The notes beneath the pieces are model-generated. The model was not told where the DNA came from. It saw only the letters and a list, made by a program, of their open reading frames with translations, and made no database searches. A program made the translations under genes and the position numbers. A stretch of DNA of 64,000 nt from Reclinomonas americana ATCC 50394 (lineage: Eukaryota), in the NCBI GenBank assembly GCA_048213135.1, contig PS015009.1, positions 1,116,001 through 1,180,000 on the forward strand. The letters run 5' to 3'. Below are positions 58,582 through 64,000 of the stretch, in pieces. Position 1 is the first letter of the stretch. Each line of letters begins with the position of its first letter.

Positions 58582-59850
58582 ATGGCCATTCCTGAAAATA
58601 ACTTCTCAGAGGCAGAACAGTTTGAAGCATTCTTCAACTCTGCAACGATTGGTATTGTGCTCACCGACCGGAGAGGGGCCATTATCAATTTCAACCAGTA
58701 TGCATCACAACAATTTGGCTACGCCAAGGAAGAGGTGCTGGGAAAAAGTATAGAAGTGCTGATTCCTCAAAAGTTTCGTGATAATCACCATAAATACCGC
58801 GAAGGATTTTACCGCAATCCCGGAACAAGGGCCATGGGCGGGGGCCGCGACCTTTTTGCTCTCCGTAAAGATGGCATTGAGTTTCCTGTTGAGATCAGCT
58901 TAAGCACCTACGGATCGGGCGACAACCTGTATGCCATCGCTTTTATCATAGACATTACCGTTCGCAAGAATAATGAGCTGACGGTATTACACCAAAAAGA
59001 AGCGCTTGAAAAAAGTACCGAACAGATCAGGCGGATGAACGCCGACCTGGAAGAAAAAGTAGAGGCCCGCACCAAGATGCTGAAAGAAACACTCGCTGAA
59101 CTGGAGCACTCCCGGAAGGAACTGAGTGAAGCCCTCCAGAAAGAGAAAGAACTCGGCGACCTGAAGTCGGGTTTTGTAACCATGGCTTCGCATGAGTTCC
59201 GGACACCGCTGAGCACCATTCTTTCGTCGGCTTTCCTGCTGGAACAATACAACCCGGCAGATGGCGAAAATGAAAAAAGGGCCAGGCACCTGAAACGGAT
59301 CAAATCATCCGTAGAAGGTTTGAAAAGTATACTGGAAGATTTCCTGTCGCTGGGCAAACTGGAAGACGGCTCCGTACAGGCGCATATGGAACTGATCCCT
59401 TTTTCCGACACCGCTGAGCTTATCGAAAATATCATTGCGGACATGCGCCAGGCTGCGGCGGCTTCGCAAATACTGCAGCTGACCAGCGAAGGCAGCAGCA
59501 ACACCTGGGCCGACCCTGCCCTGCTGCGGAACATCCTGATCAACCTTATTTCCAATTCCCTTAAGTTTTCCCCGGGAGAATCAAAAATTACTGTTCATGT
59601 TAAAGCCGCTCCTGACGGCACTTCCATCACCGTCAGTGATAACGGTATTGGTATTTCGGAAGAAGACCAGGCGCATTTATTCGAACGTTTTTTCAGGGCG
59701 AAGAATGCCAGCAATATACAGGGGACTGGGCTCGGACTTAATATTGTTACCAAATACCTGGAGCTGATGAACGGCAGCATCACCTTGCAAAGCCGGCTCA
59801 ATGAAGGCACCACCATCACTATACATTTGCCTTTGACAGGCCAATCCTGA
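58582..59850 (+). CDS. PAS-domain sensor histidine kinase (FixL-like PAS)
   Basis: LIPQKFRDNHHKY...RKDGIEFPVEISL PAS; SHEFRTPL H-box; N, G1, F and G2 boxes. Confidence 0.93.
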   Translation: MAIPENNFSEAEQFEAFFNSATIGIVLTDRRGAIINFNQYASQQFGYAKEEVLGKSIEVLIPQKFRDNHHKYREGFYRNPGTRAMGGGRDLFALRKDGIEFPVEISLSTYGSGDNLYAIAFIIDITVRKNNELTVLHQKEALEKSTEQIRRMNADLEEKVEARTKMLKETLAELEHSRKELSEALQKEKELGDLKSGFVTMASHEFRTPLSTILSSAFLLEQYNPADGENEKRARHLKRIKSSVEGLKSILEDFLSLGKLEDGSVQAHMELIPFSDTAELIENIIADMRQAAAASQILQLTSEGSSNTWADPALLRNILINLISNSLKFSPGESKITVHVKAAPDGTSITVSDNGIGISEEDQAHLFERFFRAKNASNIQGTGLGLNIVTKYLELMNGSITLQSRLNEGTTITIHLPLTGQS

Positions 59851-60914
59851 TGATTATGAAAAAGATCCTGCTTATAGAAGACAATGAAGAAGTGCGGGAA
59901 AACACCGCGGAAATACTGGAGCTTTCCGGTTACAAAGTAATTACGGCTGGCGACGGAAAAGCAGGCATTGCCAGTGCTCTGAAGGAGCTGCCGGACCTGG
60001 TGATCTGCGATATCATGATGCCGCTGCTTGATGGTTATGGCGTGCTGCACGCGCTGGGCAAACACCCGGAAACAGCCGGGATTCCATTTATTTTTCTCAC
60101 TGCCAAATCTGAAAAAACAGATTTCAGGAAGGGAATGGAACTGGGTGCAGACGATTACCTGACCAAGCCATTCGACGGAAGCGAGTTGCTGAGTGCTGTG
60201 GAAGCCCGGCTTAAAAGAGCGGAAGGCAGGCAGCAGCAATACCTGCACAGCCTTACCGAATTGAACGATATCATCAGCCATGCCAGCGATCAGAAAAAGA
60301 TACAGCTAACCTCCGATGAAAGGGAAGTGAACCAGTACCGGAAAAAACATATGCTCTATGCAGAAGGGCAACGACCCCAGTACATTTATTTTCTCTCGGC
60401 CGGCAAGGTGAAGGAGTACAGGGTACACGACGATGGGAAGGAATTCATTTCAAGCATTTATGTACCCGGTGATTTTTTCGGATTTACGCCGGTGATAGAA
60501 GAAAAGAACCACACCAGCAATGCGCAGGTGCTGGAAGATGCTACGGTAATGCTTATTCCCGCGGAAGATTTTTTGCAGTTACTGAACAACGATCCGCAGG
60601 TGGCCGCACGGTTCATTAAGTTATTGGCCAGGCATGTTGCCGATAAAGAAACGCACCTGGTGAATATGGCATATAATTCTCTCCGGAAAAAGGTGGCCAA
60701 TGGTTTGCTGAGGGTTGCCGATAAATTCAGGAAAGAGAACCAGGACAAAGTAGTGCTGGACATTTCAAGAGAAACATTGGCGCAGGTGATCGGCTCCGCC
60801 ACGGAATCGCTGATCAGGACGCTGGGTGATTTCCGTTCGGAGAAACTGATCGAAACTGAGGATGGGAAGATCATTATTCTCGACGAAAAAAAATTACGTG
60901 CCCTGCTCAATTAG
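59850..60914 (+). CDS. Response regulator: receiver plus Crp/Fnr domain
   Basis: LLIEDN, CDIMMP, KPF; cNMP-like domain; HTH SRETLAQVIGSATESLIRTL. Confidence 0.92.
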   Translation: MIMKKILLIEDNEEVRENTAEILELSGYKVITAGDGKAGIASALKELPDLVICDIMMPLLDGYGVLHALGKHPETAGIPFIFLTAKSEKTDFRKGMELGADDYLTKPFDGSELLSAVEARLKRAEGRQQQYLHSLTELNDIISHASDQKKIQLTSDEREVNQYRKKHMLYAEGQRPQYIYFLSAGKVKEYRVHDDGKEFISSIYVPGDFFGFTPVIEEKNHTSNAQVLEDATVMLIPAEDFLQLLNNDPQVAARFIKLLARHVADKETHLVNMAYNSLRKKVANGLLRVADKFRKENQDKVVLDISRETLAQVIGSATESLIRTLGDFRSEKLIETEDGKIIILDEKKLRALLN

Positions 60915-60921
60915 TCCGCCA

Positions 60922-61344
60922 TTACAAATTATCCCAATTATCGTCTTCCATTTTTTCCTGCCTGCTTACCGCCGTTTGTGGGAGGCTCAGTAATTCCGCC
61001 TCGCGATTCTGTCTTTCCAGCGACCAGTCGTCGGTAAGCGAGGTTTGTATCCACGAATTCCCCGAACGGCGCAATACCTGGGCCTGCAGTCCCGTCATTT
61101 CCAGGCACTCTTTCTCCAGTTCAGTAACAGTACGGCTTCCATTGATATTGATCTTTCCGGGATTCCCTGGTTGTAAGAGATCACCGATCCTGGTAAAAGA
61201 AGGCACTTTATCTTCTTTGGAAAACAACTTCGCTCCTTTACTGTGCTTCGCCCTGAAAAACTCGACCCGCAAAAAAGGATAGGCCTCGCTGAAAGCCTGC
61301 TGCACATCATATATCAAGCTTGTTCTCTGAATAGTAATTTCCAT
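60922..61344 (-). CDS. Conserved hypothetical protein
   Basis: FSEAYPFLRVEFF; QVLRRSGNSWIQTSLTDDWSLERQN. Confidence 0.75.
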   Translation of the reverse strand: MEITIQRTSLIYDVQQAFSEAYPFLRVEFFRAKHSKGAKLFSKEDKVPSFTRIGDLLQPGNPGKININGSRTVTELEKECLEMTGLQAQVLRRSGNSWIQTSLTDDWSLERQNREAELLSLPQTAVSRQEKMEDDNWDNL

Positions 61345-61378
61345 GTTTATTGCTTTCGCACATTTTTGCTTTTAAATA

Positions 61379-62023
61379 TTACTCCGGGTTTTGAGCCGGT
61401 ATGAGTATGGCGTAACCGGCCAGCCGGCCAACGATAAGTTTGCCATATTCGTGGCCCATGGCTGATACGGATGCGGGTTCAAATGAAGATGTCTTTAATG
61501 AACAGACCAGCTTGTTCTCCCTGATATCATAAACGCGGCTTTCCCAGAAATAACGGGTGGCTTCGCCATAATAGCCGCTGGTAAACACTTTATCGGATAA
61601 ACTGGTATAGTAATTCCAGAACCTGCTCTCCTGCGGGTTGCCCGGGACCGGTGAAGGCGATAAGGTGGTATAATACTTCTCTTTCTGTTTATCGAGGAGT
61701 ACGATGGTGATCACCGCATCCGCGCCGGACGCTTTCAACCGTTGCACAACTTCCGTTTCAGGAAGAGATCTGAATGCACCGGAGCCATATGCCTTCAGGG
61801 TAGAGAACGCGGAATAGCCCAGTTTTTTCAGGTCGCCTGTCATATGCGCTTCCATTTTTTCGCGTAAAACAGTGTCTTCATTTTTAACGATGGCCAGTAC
61901 CGCTACTTTACCGTACGCCATAGTTCTTGCATCCGGCGATATCCATGTGGAACTGATCTTTGAAGAAGAACAGCTTATGGCAAACACCAGCACCAGTAAA
62001 TAAAAAAAGGAGGCCGCTTTCAT
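61379..62023 (-). CDS. Lipoprotein
   Basis: Start MKAASFF with lipobox AISC. Confidence 0.75.
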   Translation of the reverse strand: MKAASFFYLLVLVFAISCSSSKISSTWISPDARTMAYGKVAVLAIVKNEDTVLREKMEAHMTGDLKKLGYSAFSTLKAYGSGAFRSLPETEVVQRLKASGADAVITIVLLDKQKEKYYTTLSPSPVPGNPQESRFWNYYTSLSDKVFTSGYYGEATRYFWESRVYDIRENKLVCSLKTSSFEPASVSAMGHEYGKLIVGRLAGYAILIPAQNPE

Positions 62024-62047
62024 GTTATGTGTTTTATTTATTTCCGG

Positions 62048-62112
62048 CAAAACTAATTTCCGGGCCGGGCCGCAGGCATAACCGGGGTCAGCCATTGTTA
62101 TGAATTTTATCA
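62048..62112 (-). promoter_or_regulatory. -7 element plus two FNR-like boxes
   Basis: TAGTTTTG (62048-62055, minus); boxes read on + strand TAAC-N4-GTCA (62079-62090) and TGAA-N4-ATCA (62101-62112). Confidence 0.6.
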
Positions 62113-62130
62113 GTATCCCGGTAAAAATGT

Positions 62131-62583
62131 TCAGCCCTGCTCAAACCTTCCCGACATTTCCTTTACCTCTATCCTGAAAATCACCATTTTCGGAATGGCA
62201 GTACCGTCAGACTTCCTTTCTTCGCCGGATTCCGGGGAAACAGCCGTGGCACTGACTTTCAGCTTCAGCATTCGGGATACGAACAACTGCATTGCTTCGT
62301 ACCGGTCCAGTTCTTCCGTAATCTCTTCGTAAACGCCCTGTACGATGACAGATCTCCAGCTGGTATTGTCAGCGATTTTATCCACCTCGAAACATACCAG
62401 GGGATTTTGCCTCATCCATTCCACTTTCTGGCCTTCCTGCCCGTGCACAATGATGTACCCGTTATCGTATACATAATTGACGGGGACGACATAAGTTTTG
62501 CCGTTATTGCTGCAACCGATCCTGCCTGTTGCGGAATCAGTAAGCAGGTCTTCCATTTCTTCCCTCGTTAATTTTCCCAGCAT
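62131..62583 (-). CDS. Pyridoxamine 5'-phosphate oxidase-like flavin-binding protein
   Basis: GRIGC, YVVPVNY, GQKVEWMRQNPLVCFEVD, WRSVIVQG. Confidence 0.9.
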   Translation of the reverse strand: MLGKLTREEMEDLLTDSATGRIGCSNNGKTYVVPVNYVYDNGYIIVHGQEGQKVEWMRQNPLVCFEVDKIADNTSWRSVIVQGVYEEITEELDRYEAMQLFVSRMLKLKVSATAVSPESGEERKSDGTAIPKMVIFRIEVKEMSGRFEQG

Positions 62584-62620
62584 AGTACCTGATTTTTTAT
62601 GATGATCATTCCGTTTAGTC

Positions 62621-63466
62621 TTAGTGATGTGTAATGAATAAGGGCAGCTTCAGTTCCCGCATCAGTACATCAGCCATGCTGGGCCTGAACCATCGTGACA
62701 CCATGCCCCTGCGGTAAGCACCCAGTACAACCAGGGAAGAAGCCCCTGTCTTTTTTAAATAAGTGGTGATGGTCTCTTCCGCATCTCCTTTCAGTACAAT
62801 GTACCCGGCAGCAGGATAATGTCTTTTCATGAATTCTTTCATCAGCCTGGTGTCCGGCAGCCGCAGGTTTTGCCCGGCGGATTTTACACAAACCGCATCT
62901 ACAGGCAAACCCTGTATATCACCCAAAACGGCGCTCATGGTCCTTATGGCATATACCGAAGCCGGCTCGCCATCGTACAGCAGAACAATCCTGTCCACCG
63001 GCCTGTACCTCGCAGGAACTGCCAGCACAGGGCATTGTACGCTTACGAGCAATTCCCTTACGAATTCCGTAGGGCGGGTACCTTTAAAGCGGCTAAATGT
63101 TTCGTGCTGACTTATTACCAGCAGGTCGGCATAAATACTTTCCTGTAAGAGCTCCTGCATTGCTATGCTTCCATCCCTGTGCACACTGTATTCCAGCTTT
63201 GCCTGCCTGCACGCCTCCTCAAATTTTTTCACCGATTCGTTACGTGTTGTTTTATCCTTTTCGCTCAGCGTTTTTTGTCTTTCCTGTGAGATACCGCTCT
63301 CTTCCTGCATCAGGTCGTATACACTGTAGCTGTGCACGGTAAAATCATCAAGAAAAATACCTACAAGGTGGGCATTGGATTGTTGGGCCAGCATGATGGC
63401 ATACTGCTTTGTACTTTCCGAAAATTTCAGGCCATCGAAAGCCGCGATTATTTTTTTCTTACTCAT
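62621..63466 (-). CDS. Universal stress protein (tandem USP)
   Basis: IIAAFDG, ADLLVI, CPVLAVP, VVLGAYRR, LPLFITH. Confidence 0.88.
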   Translation of the reverse strand: MSKKKIIAAFDGLKFSESTKQYAIMLAQQSNAHLVGIFLDDFTVHSYSVYDLMQEESGISQERQKTLSEKDKTTRNESVKKFEEACRQAKLEYSVHRDGSIAMQELLQESIYADLLVISQHETFSRFKGTRPTEFVRELLVSVQCPVLAVPARYRPVDRIVLLYDGEPASVYAIRTMSAVLGDIQGLPVDAVCVKSAGQNLRLPDTRLMKEFMKRHYPAAGYIVLKGDAEETITTYLKKTGASSLVVLGAYRRGMVSRWFRPSMADVLMRELKLPLFITHH

Positions 63467-63503
63467 GATTATTTAATTGACCGGAACGAGGTTAAAACAT
63501 AAT

Positions 63504-63568
63504 CAAATCTAGGCCGGGAAAACAGGTATAGTTATGATGGCAGTTACCGGTTAAACTGATCTTCGTCA
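63504..63568 (-). promoter_or_regulatory. -7 element plus two FNR-like boxes
   Basis: TAGATTTG (63504-63511, minus); boxes read on + strand TGAT-N4-GTTA (63535-63546) and TGAT-N4-GTCA (63557-63568). Confidence 0.62.
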
Positions 63569-63576
63569 GACCGGCG

Positions 63577-64000
63577 TCAGGGTTTAGGACAGCAGACTGG
63601 CGTTTTGTGCGCCGCGGCGGCGGGGCTGATATAGGGAATACCCAGGCCCATTCCCCTGAGTATGAGCAGTGAAGCCATGAACACCATCATATAGGGGTAA
63701 GCCTTCCGCACGAGTCTGCGGAAAGAGAGACCGATAAAATTGCCGAAGAAGGAAATACACCACATGACGGGTACGGTTCCCATAGCGAAGAATATCATAA
63801 AGAGTACGGCATTGCCTACAGAACCGGTGGCCGTTGCGGCAGCGGCAGCCATGTATACCAGTCCGCAGGGCAGCAGCCCATTGAGTACGCCGATGAAAAA
63901 AAGCGACCGGTAATTTTTTTGATGAAACAGTTTTCCCAGGGCGGAACGAAGCTGGCCAAGAGCGTATAACACTTTATTGCTCTTGCCGCCGGTACCGGAA
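63577..64000 (-). CDS. TauE/SafE (DsbD_2-like) membrane protein, 5' end outside window
   Basis: GVLNGLLPCGLVY, FAMGTVP, LRGMGLGIPYISP. Confidence 0.85.
   Translation of the reverse strand, partial: SGTGGKSNKVLYALGQLRSALGKLFHQKNYRSLFFIGVLNGLLPCGLVYMAAAAATATGSVGNAVLFMIFFAMGTVPVMWCISFFGNFIGLSFRRLVRKAYPYMMVFMASLLILRGMGLGIPYISPAAAAHKTPVCCPKP

Noticed and set aside
58908-60910. Long antisense ORFs (215, 228 and 150 aa)
   Set aside because: Shadows of the kinase and regulator genes with no motifs; the same applies to the many antisense ORFs across the cluster
1-64000. rRNA, tRNA or riboswitch genes
   Set aside because: None recognised by eye and most intergenic gaps are short; a tRNAscan-SE and Infernal/Rfam run would be needed to exclude small RNAs

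Overview
This 64-kb window looks like a Bacteroidota chromosome, probably Chitinophagaceae, judging from gene families and TAnnTTTG promoters. (1) 1-3.9 kb: an operon encoding a coiled-coil/beta-barrel protein, an exported glutathione-peroxidase-fold protein lacking its catalytic residues, and a TcB/RHS-type protein that runs off the window. (2) 4.2-10.3 kb: an accessory zone with an AT-rich islet, an XRE regulator and a cassette bracketed by two ~310-bp REP-like direct repeats. The cassette holds an internally duplicated helical protein, a 12 x 21-bp tandem array and an HExxH metallopeptidase. (3) 10.3-15.2 kb: ordinary genes (DinB, AraC, cupin, L,D-transpeptidase). (4) 15.4-56.3 kb: a flexirubin-type aryl polyene/dialkylresorcinol gene cluster with darAB, a TAL, a CoA ligase, 3 ACPs, several KS/CLF genes, a halogenase-like enzyme and export genes. 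It carries duplicated ACP-KS-CLF triads and several intergenic REP/heptamer elements. (5) 58.5-64 kb: a PAS kinase and REC-Crp/Fnr regulator next to low-oxygen-type genes, two of whose promoters share identically spaced tandem FNR-like boxes. No rRNA, tRNA, CRISPR or transposase was recognised. All calls come from reading motifs by eye; no searches were run.
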